NCBI GenBank assembly: GCA_030704615.1
Contig: CM060733.1
Coordinates: forward strand, 36,332,001 to 36,396,000
Source of the DNA: Takakia lepidozioides
Lineage: Eukaryota > Plantae > Bryophyta
Direction: 5' to 3'
DNA length: 64,000 nt
Under the pieces are notes generated by a model. That model made no database searches. It had not been told where the DNA came from and was given only the letters and a program-made list of their open reading frames with translations. The position numbers were made by a program, and so were the translations under genes. Shown here piece by piece: positions 50,532 to 62,874 of this stretch. Every line of letters begins with the position of its first letter. Position 1 is the stretch's first letter.

Positions 50532-53500
50532 GTGGAGGAGGTGCACATTGTGAGTGTCATTACGGAGTTACCCAAGGGTTTTGAGGGGAGTACGGATACA
50601 GGCAGTAATAGTGAGAGTGGGTTCACAAGACGAGGTATTTGGTTCTGACCACCCTCACCGCCACCCTCAATTACTGTAGAGTAAGACACAGACTCGCAGG
50701 CTTCATCAACAGGTGTGCACTTTCATTCGCCATTGTTGTGGGACGACATGGAGGAGATGTATGGAGCTACCAAGGGGCCTCGTAGGTACTCTGGAGCTGT
50801 GGGCACAATCGAGTTGGATGACTTTATCCAGGAGTTCGACAGCTGGTGTGATTTGCAGCAGATGCGCAATCCACAGCTATTCACCCCATTCATGGCGTGG
50901 AAGGGACTGTTCCAGCATTTGGAAGGCCCGCCTATGGACGATTACCATGAGTTCAGGCGAGGACATGAAGCAGAGATTGAGGAGTGGAGGATGTATTGGT
51001 CACCTGACTACGTCTCCATTACTTGAGGCACGACGCGACCAGTAGCTGCATCAGTACCAATAGCTCCCACTGCCAGCACTAGCAGTGGAGCAAGTAGTGC
51101 TGGTACTTCTGCAGGTGGTACCAGTTCAAAAGGTGCTACTACTCCTCCTGCCACGACTACAACACATGTGCCTAGATTCAACCCGGTGGTGGAGTTCTTC
51201 CAGGAGTTGCGGAGGAACTACCAAGGTGTACGGACAGAGAAGCTGCGAAGTTTGCAAGACTTCCAGTGCAAACCCAGTGAGAGCCTGCGAGAGGCGTACA
51301 CTCGTATGAGGCGCTTGATAAGTGTGACCCAAGGGGTTACTGAAGCTCAAGCAATCTAGTTTTGGTATGGAATTCTGGACAAGGAGCTCAAGAGAAGGGT
51401 GCGAGATGCAACCCTGTTACAAGTAGCCCAACCCACATTAGCATATGTGTTTCTGCTGGCTGAGCGGATTGAGCTCAACATGGTGGAGGAGCGAGTTGTT
51501 ACAATTGGATTTGGCAAGGACATGCCTGCACGGGGCACAGCTGTCAACCCACAGGCACAAGGGACTGCCCAACAGCGTGGTCAGGGGGGCAAGGTTGCCC
51601 AGCCCAAGTTCCATGGAGCTTACAGGGGACCTCAGGTGCAGAGGCCCGTGGTATCTTATGCAGGCCAACAGCAACCAGGGGTGATATGTTGGACATGTGG
51701 AGGACCCCATGTCAAGAGAGATTGCCCAGAGAGTGGCAAAAGGCCGACACAAGCACAACCTGCACAGTTGCAGTGTGGGCATTGTGGCAAGTATAGGCAT
51801 GGAGATGCCCAGTGTTATGACTTGCATCCTGAGTTGCGCCCAGGTCAGTTCCAAGGGAACAATGGTGGCCGGGGGCGAGGTGGACCAGCCCAAAGAGGAC
51901 GAGGTGGTCGGGCACGAGGTGCAAGCCAAGGGCAAGCTCAACATGGCCAAGGACGCGGAGGTCAAGGTGTTGACCAAGGCATGGCCAACCGGCTTCAGCA
52001 GCTAGAGCAGAGGCTCGCTGCCATGGCTACAGCTCAGGCGGTACCGGCTCCCAGGCGGGATGGTCCACCTCCTGCTCCTGAGGGAGGAGATATGGGAGGT
52101 ATGGGATTCATGTGCGGAGCAGCACTACCACTAGTGCAGGTGGAGTCTGCTGCAGCCGTGACTCGAGGAGCAGCACGAGTTCCTGAGCCACGAGGTGCAG
52201 AGGTGGAGTTGGATCCACAACGTGGGGAGGCAAGCCGTCAGGCAAGGCTACCTCAGTCATTCACCTTGGCAGAGAAAGTGTCAACGCCATCCATGGCACC
52301 TAGTTCTCGCCCGACTGTTACCGAGGCGGAGATTTCTATGCCATTGGGGAGAGCTACACGTGCAGCACTGACACCTGCTGCCAAGGCTAGTGCAGCCGGT
52401 GTGTTGTTGGGGGCAGCCACCTCTGTGTGTCAAGCCCCACTGTTCTCGGCAACCATGATTGCGACGCCGGGAGTGAGACCAGCTGCAGTGTTCAGACTAG
52501 CAGCAACACTCTGCGAGAGTGGGGATGTCACTTCATCTTCTGCGGAGTTAGTGGAAGGTGTAGTGGCAGAGGGATCCTCGGATTTGGGGGTCAAGACTGC
52601 CATGGCAGCGCCTTGGCAAGCTGCAGCTGCCAGATTGACGGAGCTGCCAGCTAGGCCAGCCTTTGAGCGCGCCACGGTGACACCTGGAGTTGTCTTGTTA
52701 GACAACCAGGGAGGCATTTTCACTTTGAGTGGACCGGCAGGCAAGAAGTACCGGCCACTGCGGGTCTTGTTGGACTCAGGAGCTCAGCCACTGATGTTGG
52801 GAGAGCTGCTATTGCAGGTTTGGGCCTCATGGAGGCGGATATGGAGCCTTGTCCTTTCCAGATACAGACATATCTGGGAGGATCAGAGCAGGCTCGGGGC
52901 ATGACACGGCATCAGTTGGCCATTAGACTGCAGCCGGATCATCCTAGAGATGGCTCAGTGATACGAGCCAAGGCCATTGTGACAGACGCGATCTCTTACG
53001 ATGTCCTCGTTGGTGGGGCAATATTATATCCCATGGGCTTCACCCTGGACTTTTGGGAGGAGTCAGCATCCTACAGGCCTGGATGGCAGTCAGGGGATGG
53101 TCGTCGTGCACAGCTCCCTGTGACATTTATTGGGGGTATGGCGGCTGCCCAGCGGGGCAAGATGCCAACACTAACCGCCTTCACAGCTGCAGTTAGTTGG
53201 CCTGGAGAGTTGCTGGAAGGCAATGCCCATGTAGAGGATGTGCCACCTCCAGCAAAACAGGATGACATGCATGGTATGGCGGAGTTGCCTGCCATGGTTG
53301 CTCACACTCCATTGTGGGGTACAAGCAAAGATTTGCAGCAAGTTGCTGATCGACGGGTGCAACAAGCCTGGGTAGAGGCTTTTGTACCATCAGGAGAGGA
53401 GGAGAGTGCGGGTATTGCACCAGGACCACCTCTGTTGTCACCATTGGATACCACACCTATTGTGTGGCAGTATCCGGATGAAGGCATTTGCCTTCTGGAC

Positions 53501-54728
53501 TTGTTTGGCGGGATCAGCACCGGATTGGCTGTTGTGCTACAGGCAGGTGTGCGGGTAAGGCGTTACCTGTATGTGGAGAGGGATGAGATTGCACGACGCG
53601 TCTCACTGCGCCATGTGGCTCAGTTGGTACAGCAGTACCCTGACTTGTTGCCTGTGTCTATAGTTCGTGGATACCAACAAGCCAGCAGACATTTCCTTGT
53701 TGGGGGCGCAAGATTTGGAGCAGGTTGGCTCCATTGATCTGATAGTGGCAGGTTGGCCCTGCCAAGGGCATTCATCAGCCGGGCATGGCAATGGATTGCG
53801 AGACTCGAGGACGGGTCTGTTTTGGGAGATGGTGCGGGTTTTGCGCCACTTGCAGCTTCATCAAGCTGTATCTCCAGCATACATCTTGGAGAATGTGCCA
53901 CTGATGGGTGATTCTCGGGCCAGGGTGATGGCCAGTGTGCATCAAGTCCGGTCCTGGCTTGGGTCAGCAGTGCTGCTGGATGCAGCTGCAGTGGGATCAC
54001 GGGCTCATCGTCCACGGCTTTGGTGGACTAACTTGATGTCACCCGCATTGCTCAAGCGTGCATATGATGGGGTGCAGCGGCCAGCACACCTCACCGTGGA
54101 TGGCATTTTGGACACAGGGAGACAGTCTCAACGTGTGAGACACGATGACCGTTCGCCTTTGGCAATGGTCAATAGGGTGGGTCAACCACGAGCAGCATTA
54201 CCTACACTGCTCAGCTTCCCAGGATCCCATGCTTTTCGGGATGGTGGACCTGGCCTCTTGTGGGATAGCCAGTTGCAACAGTTAGTGGAGCCTAATGCCG
54301 ACAAGCGAGAGCGGACTATGGGATTTTCCACTGGGACCACGGCGGTGCCTTCTCTTTCTGAGGCATCACGTCGTCAGGTGTTGGGGCAAGCAATGGATCT
54401 CAATTGCTTGACCTGGATTATCAGCTTGGCTATGGCTGAGCAACGTAGAGTGCGGAGTGCACTTCCCTTGATGGTCTCTCTGCCTACCGAGACGGTACAG
54501 GCAGCGAGTGGGGGCGAGCCGGTGAGGACCACGGGGTGTAGACATCCATGGCACACGTGGGAGGTGCTCGAGGTTCAGAGGGAGTTGGCAGCCAAGGCAG
54601 CTGTGATGGATGAGGTTGGGGATTCTTCTCGGGATGAGGAGGTTCTCAATGATGAGATGATGGGGCAGGATGAGGCCTTGTCATTGACTGAGCAGGAAGG
54701 GAGTACTGCTCAAAAGGTTGCAACATAG
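50532..54728 (+). pseudogene. Gag - protease - DNMT of copy 4
   Basis: ORFs 50715-51026, 51399-52904, 52820-53737 and 53667-54728 with zinc knuckles, DSG, PCQ and ENV motifs. Confidence 0.92.
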
Positions 54729-57629
54729 CAACCACGGGACGCGTCCTCTACCTCTAACCCCACTGGACTTAAGGTTGCAGTTATGGAGGACAATTGGGAG
54801 CCTAACATTGGACCCATTGTCACCGGAGGAGAGAGACGACGTATACGGCGGTTCTTGAGGGTTTACAGGAATTGCTTTGCCTTCAGTTTGAAGGACTTGG
54901 GAGCACTGAAGGGTCAAGAGATCCGTATTGAGTTGGCCACTGACACGCCAATATTTCGGAGACCCTATAGATACAGTGACATGGAGAGGTCTTTGATTCA
55001 GATGAGGACTCAAGATCTCTGGGAGGCAGGTTTGGTGGAGCTCTCTGGTGGAGAGTATGCTTCAGCCACAGTGATGCTAGCCAAGAAGGATGTCTATGGC
55101 AATTGGACGGAGAGACGTATGTGCGGTGATTACCGGCCTGTGAATTGTCAGACCAAGTCCGATAGGTATGCCATGCCCACACCAGAGGAGATCTTTGATG
55201 CCATTGGGCATTCCAAGGTCTTTAGCACGTTGGACTTACGGATATCACCAGTTGCCGATCAAGGAGGCAGATAAGCAAAAGACAGCATTCTGGGGGATCA
55301 ATGAGCACGGGAAGGATTGCCTATACCAGTGGCGGTTCTTACCATTTGGGCTTAAAAACGCTCCCGCTGAGTTTCAAAGAGTCATGGACAGGATTCTAGC
55401 AGGGGTGGAGTTTGCTCGGTGCTACATAGATGACATTGTAGTGTGAATGCAGGGGAGTGAACATTACATTTTGTTTACCATTACGACCTGCATCACTATG
55501 ACGGGAGTGCCCGTCATCCCAACTGCAGAAAGGATGTATCCCTTCATGTAGGTAATTTCATGAGCGCACTGAGCTTATGCTTTGCCAGGAGAAAAATGGC
55601 TAAGTCATGACGGTACATATTTTCATCCATGCGATGAACGTTTTCATCACTGGTTCTTGACCTAGAAGATCGCGGGTTGAGAAAAACGAAGAGGAAGATG
55701 ACGGATGGCTCGTAGCAGCTGTTGCAAGCAGTGGTGTCGGCAGGGCAGCCTGTGTTAGGAGGTTGTACCTGCGCTGTGGGATCTTGCTTGGCTTAGGAAG
55801 CGGCATTAAGACGCCTCTGCTTGGTATTCTGTGTAGAAAGAAGCGGTGCCGCCTCTCTCGTAGTGATGATCAATTCCAGGAGATAGAAGCATGTGAGGAG
55901 AGCGGCGCACCACCACTGCCGCCAGTGCCTTGAAGATGACAGTTATGGGCAGATGAGCAAGCAAGGAAAAGGCCAGCTGCTGAAAGCACAGGGAAGAGAG
56001 TCTGGGCACAATCAATGGGGGGGAGGTAAAGCATGTGGAGTGCTAGCTGTATGGTATCTCAGGTTCTCTGTCATCAAGCTTCTAGCTGCTTTGTGTCTCC
56101 TTGTTATAGGACCAGGCCAATTCGTGAGGAAGAATTGCATAGCGTAATCTGGTTGTCAGGCCACGGGATGGTCCAAGTGAAGAAGGGGAGCCATCATGGC
56201 GTCATAAGGTCTGGAATCAAGACAAAGAGAAAGGGTTGAAGTGGCTGCTGACGGGCGATGGCAAGGTGCCACCTTGACAGGCAGACCCGCCGCTTCACTA
56301 GTGGATAAAAACAGATAAGTCTATGGACAGAGGCCTTTTTTTGGTGCAACTTAGAAATTGCTTTGGTAGATTTAGGACTGCCATCTTGGCAGAAGAGAAA
56401 AGGTGGAGACATGTGACAAGAAAAAGTTTTTGAAATTGGAATGGAGACTCTAGACTTCAAACCAAAACGTGGAAAGGATGGATGCACCTGATGTTGTGAT
56501 GACAGTGAAGAGAGAGAGAGAAAGAGAGAGTCTGTTTGTCACTGAATTCAGAATGGTCACTGTTGTCTTCATTCTTGCATTCTGATTCAGTGTCATAAAC
56601 CTGGACACCATGCTGCCGTGTGTAGTGATACACTGGAACCAATGTAGATCTGGCTTGTTTGTTTGGAGAGATCAATGATGGTTAGCTGGAGCTGCAAAAA
56701 CATGGAAAGGATAAGGTGATTGCAGTATGGGATCAGGATCTGAACAACTGCGTTCCACAGTTGAAGGGAAAAGAGGGATGTTGGGGTATTTGGGTTGAAG
56801 TCTGACAAAAGGGATGAGAGCTGTTTGAGCGATGGGTTCTTGGAAAAAGGGACAAGAGAGAGAGAAAGAGAGAGAGACTGATGGATGGGATGGTTGTGTC
56901 TTGAGAGACCGAGGATGACTTCAAGGCTGGCTGCACTGGATGCCTAGCAGAGTGTGCATTTGCATTACATGACAGATCTGCTGCTGTGAAGTAGTGGGGA
57001 ACCTGGGGACATAGACAGAGATAGAGAAACAGACAAAAAGGGGAAAAGAAAGAGAGAGAGTGAAAAAGGGGATTTGGGTAAGGAGAGAGCTGCAAATCAA
57101 AAGGGTTGTTGGGGGGTTGGCCAATTTGGGGAGATGAGATGAAGAAAACCTGAAACCTGAAAGAAACCAGTGCCCCTGCAGACCATGAAGATCTGAGCTG
57201 CCTCCTCCTAAATCTGTGTCACCACTACAAAAAGGGGATTTCCGACCTGTCACTGCTCAAGTGGGCTTCACATAAAGGATCGTGTTTACCGCTACCATTG
57301 GGCTGATTGCATCACAGAAGATATCGTGCTAACATTGTTGGCACCATGATCATAGGGCCAGGCTGTTGAATAGAAGTAGAACCGAGAGCAAGAACAATTC
57401 AAGACTCCCCATCCATGTCTTCTCTTCCGCTGTGGCGTGGATGAGGATTCCGTGAACTCTGATCACGAACGTAACTGAGGGAAAACCCATATAACCATGT
57501 GAAGATGGTTGGATAGGAAAAGAACGCTCCTCTCCCTTGCCTGGACAATCAGCTGGAAAGGGGGGGAAGGAATAGAGGGGAGTACCACGGATTTAGGATT
57601 AACCAGAAGGGGATTCACGCCCCTTCTTT

Positions 57630-57641
57630 TGGTATCAGAGC
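57630..57641 (+). other. tRNA-iMet primer-binding site
   Basis: TGGTATCAGAGC. Confidence 0.92.
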
Positions 57642-58006
57642 TTCGTTAAAATCTTGATTTCTACTAGCTAGGGATCTTGACTGGTATTGGATGGTTTGAT
57701 GGCAGGCAGAGACCACACACTGATTCCTGATGTACCAAGCATTGGAGATGTGCTGATTTGCTTCAGCAGACGCACACCAAATACCCACGCAGACCCTTGT
57801 TTGTACTCTTTCAACCCTGCTTGGAGAATAGCTAATGGTGATTTATGTCTTAGAGTGATACATGCTGGAGGTAGAGCAACCATGGTGCTTTGGATAAGAG
57901 AATTAGGAAGGTGGGAGAAGATAAACACCATGGCACGAGAGGTGACATGGGGAGGTAGAGTAGAGATGTTGCGAAACGGACAATGGGAGTGGTATAGGGG
58001 CCAGTA

Positions 58007-61000
58007 TTGAGGGAGTTGCAGGAAAAATTAAAATCAAGATTAGGTATCAAACCAGTTAAACTCAGATTAGACAATAGAAGGATGACCAGTCCAACTAGCA
58101 TAGATGCGCCTTATCATGGTAGGAATAGTGAAGATGTAAATGACTGGCTGGAGAGAATTCAGATGGAGGCAGATGTCAGGGATTTGAACGAGGACAAAAC
58201 TTTCAAGATAGCAAGGCTCAACCTGAGAGCCAAGGCTGATGAATGGTACCGTAAACAAAACCCTAGGCCAGACAACTGGGAAGACTTCAGGGCAGCCATT
58301 TCAGCCAAGTTTGGTATCGTTGACTTGGCAGAGATTAGGCTAAGAATGGATACCATTAAACAAGAGAATAGACAAAGGGTTCAAACATACTTCGATAGGT
58401 TGAACCGGTTATTTATAAGAAGTGGGGCGTCTGATTTGGAACAAAGGCGTAGATTTGCAGCGGGTTTGAGACCTGAAATAGCAAGAGTAATGCTGGGCAG
58501 GCGCTTCCTTGATGTGGAGGAAGCACTTGACACAGCCATTGAGATTGAGAGGGGCCTGGGAAGGTTGGGAGAGATACCTCTAGAGCCATTGGAAGGAGAT
58601 GATACAGATGAATCAGTTGTGTTTGTCAACCCTGTGGACAGAAGACTTGACCAGCTGAACACTACCCTACAGAAGTACTTTGATAGGGGACCAGTCATAG
58701 GAGAAAGCTCGGGATCTAGAACACCACCTCGTGTTCGCCTTTGTAATGTTTGTCACAAAGAAGGTCACATAGCTACATATTGTCCTGAAGGAAGAACCCA
58801 AGCTAAGTGTGACAAATGTCACCGGTTCGGGCATTCCACGGAAATGTGTGGTGTGAGATGCAACTTTTGCAAGCTACTCGGGCATACAGAGAGTGAGTGC
58901 AGTAGAAAACTCGACCAAACTATGATGGGAACTCCGGGAACTAACTTTGTAGATGTGTTCTATGATGATGAGGATGATGTACTCGCAGAGATGACAGATC
59001 TAATGTCACGAAATAGTATCAATGAAGTCAGACTTCCAAGGACACGCATACCTGTCCAGAGTCCGTTTGTTGAACCTACAGGGTCACCAGAAAGGAATAG
59101 TGAGAGCAGTGAAGAGCCAAGCAAGACCAAGAGTGAAATCTACCCAAAGAACAATTTCAAGAATGCTATAGAAGGAGGTACAAAATCCAGAATCTTGAAC
59201 CACTTCTACAAAGGGAGAATATCGTTGTCTCCCATGGACCTGATCATGACTGTGCCTGGAGAGCTGGACAAATTGAAAGGGCTGGTCAAAGTGGTGGAAA
59301 GGGCAATGGTCCAACAAAGGGAGACAACTCACAGTGTAGAAGTTGTGAAGGATGTACCAAGGCCTTTGTACTCAGCACACGCTGAACCCACGATCTCGTA
59401 TGCTTATACTGGTAAGGTTAAAGCGCTTCATGTAATGATTACAATGGGAGATTACCAAGTATTAGGCCAGATTGACACTGGTGCCATGCTTTCTGTAATA
59501 TCAGCTAGTACAGTCAGGGATCTTGGTTTGATGGGATCTGTCATTACTAGTAAGGATGTGAATTACAGAGTAGCCTCAGGTGCTCTTGAGACTGCAATGG
59601 GCAGACTTGAGGACATCAAGGTCAAAGTAGGAGAACTGACCAATCGTTTGTCCTTTATGGTGGTGAACACGGATACATATCACATGCTGCTGGGATTAGA
59701 CTTTCTCAAAAAGTTTGGCGCTGTAGTGGACACCGAAGCTGAAACAATTCGCGTACGCTATGGGCCAGGAAAGGATTTTGCTCACTTCCCTTTGCACACC
59801 ATCAATTATAATGAGCTTGCAGTTACCAAAACAGCCTACCATAGAGGGGTCGAGAGTAGAATGAGATATGCAAGCAGTACGTCAGCAGGTAATGTCTTAA
59901 CCCTGACGTCAGATGAACAGTACCTAGGCTTGTGGGAGAAGAAAAGAAAACCAGAGGAAGAATATGAGGACACGGAGGAAGCATCCTCAGGTTCTGACAC
60001 CTCTAAATCTGATAAAGATGAGGAGATGGGAGGCTCTGAGGAGAGTAAGGAGGTAGAAACAGCACTGAGGGATGTTGAGGAAATAATAGACGATGTCAAC
60101 CTAGGGGAGGACTTGTTCGAGGACCAAGGGATGTCTGAACTCCTTCAGGAAGAGACACATAAGAGCATGGCTGCTGCCATAATACAGGAAGCTTACCAGA
60201 AAGCTTGGAATGGTGAACTAGGGAACAACAACCTAGAAATAGAGGATGACTTCCATGATTGGAATCAGGTTGTCACACAAGAGGAAGGACAGAGAATGGC
60301 TAACTCTGTAAGCCAGGTGGAGGGAAAGAATTGGGAACCCAGTCAAGAGGAAGAAATGGAGAGTCGTTGGAGAAGTCTGAAATCCAGACTGCACATCAAC
60401 CCAGAACTGGCCCCAGAACATAGGATAGAGCTGGAGCAAGAGCTGAAAGCAAACCAGGAATGTTTTGCTCTTAGCAAGGCTGACTTGGGATACTGCAGTG
60501 AGGTGGAACACACAATTGACACACAAGGTTTTCCCCCTTGCAGAAGTCGTCCCAGCCGCCTATCAGAATGGGAGGAAGACGAGGTCCAAGGACAAATTGA
60601 GACTTTGATCTCACAAGGCAAGATGAGAGAGAGTAGTTCAGAATGGTCGTGTCCAGTTACCCTTCCACCAAAAAAGGATGGATCCAAGCGGTTTTGTGGT
60701 GATTTTAGGCCAGGAAAAAGTTTAACCAGAAGGGACTCTTACCCTATGCCATTAATTCAGGATGTTTTAAACCAGTTGGGGAAAGCCAAGTGGTTTTCTG
60801 CGCTGGATTTACAATCTGGTTTTTGGCAGATCAAAATGGACGACGAGACATAAGCAAAACAGCAGTGATCACAAAGAAGGGATTGTATGAATGGCTAGTC
60901 ATGCCATTCGGGCTAAAAAATGCCACTGCTACCTTTCAGAGAACAATGAATAGGGTACTCAAAGAAGAAATCAAAGATTGCGCTAAAGTTTTTGTAGATG

Positions 61001-61469
61001 ACGTCAATATCCACAGCAAGGACTGGGGAGATCACGTGGGACATATAAAGAGAGTACTGAGAAAGGTTAGAAAGGCCAATCTCAGGCTCAATCCGGACAA
61101 GTGTTACTTTGCCAACTTACAGTTGGTATTCCTTGGGCATGTGATCTCTGAAGAGGGAACGTGGCCTGATCCAGATAAGATAGCTGTTATTGAAAGGTTT
61201 CCCTTGCCCAAAAACCACACTGCTCTCAAAAGCTACTTAGGCATGACAGGGTACTATAGGCCCTATGTCAAAGGTTATGCTGGAGTGGCAGTACCCTTGT
61301 TCACTCTAACCAAGAAGGATGTGAAGTTTATCTGGAGTGCAGAGGCACAAAATGCCTTTTCTGCCTTACAGGTGAAGTTGGTAACTGCTCCCATCCTGGC
61401 AAGACCAGATTTCTCAAGACCGTTCGTCTTGGATGTTGACTGGTCCATCAAAGGAGTAGGGGCAGTCTT
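58007..61469 (+). pseudogene. Gag (three CCHC knuckles) - protease - RT - RNase H start; frameshift near 60845
   Basis: CNVCHKEGHIATYC, CDKCHRFGHSTEMC, CNFCKLLGHTESEC; QIDTGA; MPFGLKNA; FVDD; LDVDWS. Confidence 0.92.
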
Positions 61470-62569
61470 TGTTAGAGGACTGTCGGGGACTTAGACACTT
61501 ATACGGGATCTGTAGGGTACCCTTAATTTTTGCACAGACTGAGACCAACAGGAGCCTTAGGGGTGTGTCGCGCGGCTTTTACTCATCCATCCCTTCGCTA
61601 TTCGAGGCGGAAACTCCAAGATAGAAGAGTTGGAAATCTCTAAGTACTCAGCCCGCGCAGAACAATCAGTCATGACCTACAGCTAGTGTATCATGGGGGT
61701 GTTTCCTATTTGTTTTCCTTTTGGTATTCATGTTAGCTATCTTACCATTGATAATTAAGTATCAGTTTGCTTTATCAATCTATTGGATTCCATCAGCTCA
61801 TCCATTCATTTCACAGCTTCACTCAGATCTCTCTACACAGTGTGATTGTATCGTAAAAGTATCCGATTATGATTTATCAGGTATCAGGCCGAAGCCATTG
61901 TGTCTCTTATCTGCTCTACAATATCATTACAGCCTTGCCTATATCAAGCATCTACTCATCATCTCTCTATCTTCACTTCCGTTCCTCATCTCTACCCGAT
62001 CCCCTCTCCTCTATCACCAAGAAGTCCTCCTCCGAATGATGTCCCTCAATTCCCCGTTTCTCCCTTTATCTTCCTATCCGCGGTTCTAACCGTTTCCCTC
62101 ACTAACCGTCGTCTGTGAACTAACATGTTCCCTTCGCAGGTGTTGTTCCCCACAGTCGTTCCCTGTCCTACTCTTCGTTCCCTATGATCGTGACAGCTGT
62201 GTCAAGCTGTGACTGGCTGTGTGAAACTGTGACGGGCTGTGACTGGCTGTGCGACTGTGTTTGGCTGTGTCGGACTGTGTTTGGCTGTGTGGCTGTGCCG
62301 GGCTGTGTCGGTTGTGACGACTGTGACGGGCTGTGTTGGCTGTGTGGGCTGTGACGACTGTGACGGGCTGTGTTGGCTGTGTCGGCTGTGACGACTGTGA
62401 CGGGCTGTGTTGGCTGTGTTGGCTGTGACGACTGTGTTGGGCTGTGTAACCCCCCTCTACAGTGCGCTGCTGTCACCCCTAAGGTTCCTCTTGGTCTCAG
62501 TCTGTGCAAAAATTAAGGGTACCCTACAGATCCCGTATAAGTGTCTAAGTCCCCGACAGTCCTCTAACA
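61470..62569 (-). repeat. 3' LTR of a third element, with 96-bp terminal inverted repeats
   Basis: 61470-61565 versus 62474-62569 shows two mismatches; purine tract GAGGGGGAAGGGGTAA on the - strand at 62570-62585. Confidence 0.85.
62196..62447. repeat. Degenerate GGCTGTG / CTGTGAC minisatellite inside the LTR
   Basis: Tandem 8-10 bp units. Confidence 0.9.
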
Positions 62570-62874
62570 TTACCCCTTCCCCCTCAAAAAGCCGTGTCCT
62601 CACGGTTTACTGATTTCTACTAGCAAACCTTTGTGAGTGAGCACCTTCTTGACGTTGAGAGTTTCGTGGCGGACTGTGTGTACGAGCCCGAGGTCTGTCT
62701 CTGGTTGACGGAGATGGTTGATCACTACCTGGATAAGTGAGGCCCTCTGGAGGCTGATATCGAGGTAACCTTTCCGGCATAGGAGACCCCCGTCGCTTCT
62801 TCTCTGCCATCTGAATTGCATAGTCTTCTCCCATGTCAAAAGAATTCGGTGAAGAAACAGTTGTATCAGAATCC

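Larger units (their letters stand above)
46122..55436 (+). mobile_element. DNMT/PHD Gypsy copy 4, interrupted in RT by another Gypsy
   Basis: A1, primer site, cargo, ORF0, gag, protease, DNMT, then RT up to YIDD-I at 55436. Confidence 0.95.
55437..61469 (+). mobile_element. Second Gypsy element: ~2.2-kb 5' LTR, iMet PBS, gag-pol, interrupted in RNase H
   Basis: Starts TGTAG exactly where copy 4 RT homology stops; PBS at 57630. Confidence 0.88.

Noticed and set aside
57223-57240. CACTACAAAAAGG as a second CACTA terminus
   Set aside because: No matching inverted partner or TSD; it lies inside a putative LTR.
62168-62509. 113-aa ORF
   Set aside because: Translation of the minisatellite.
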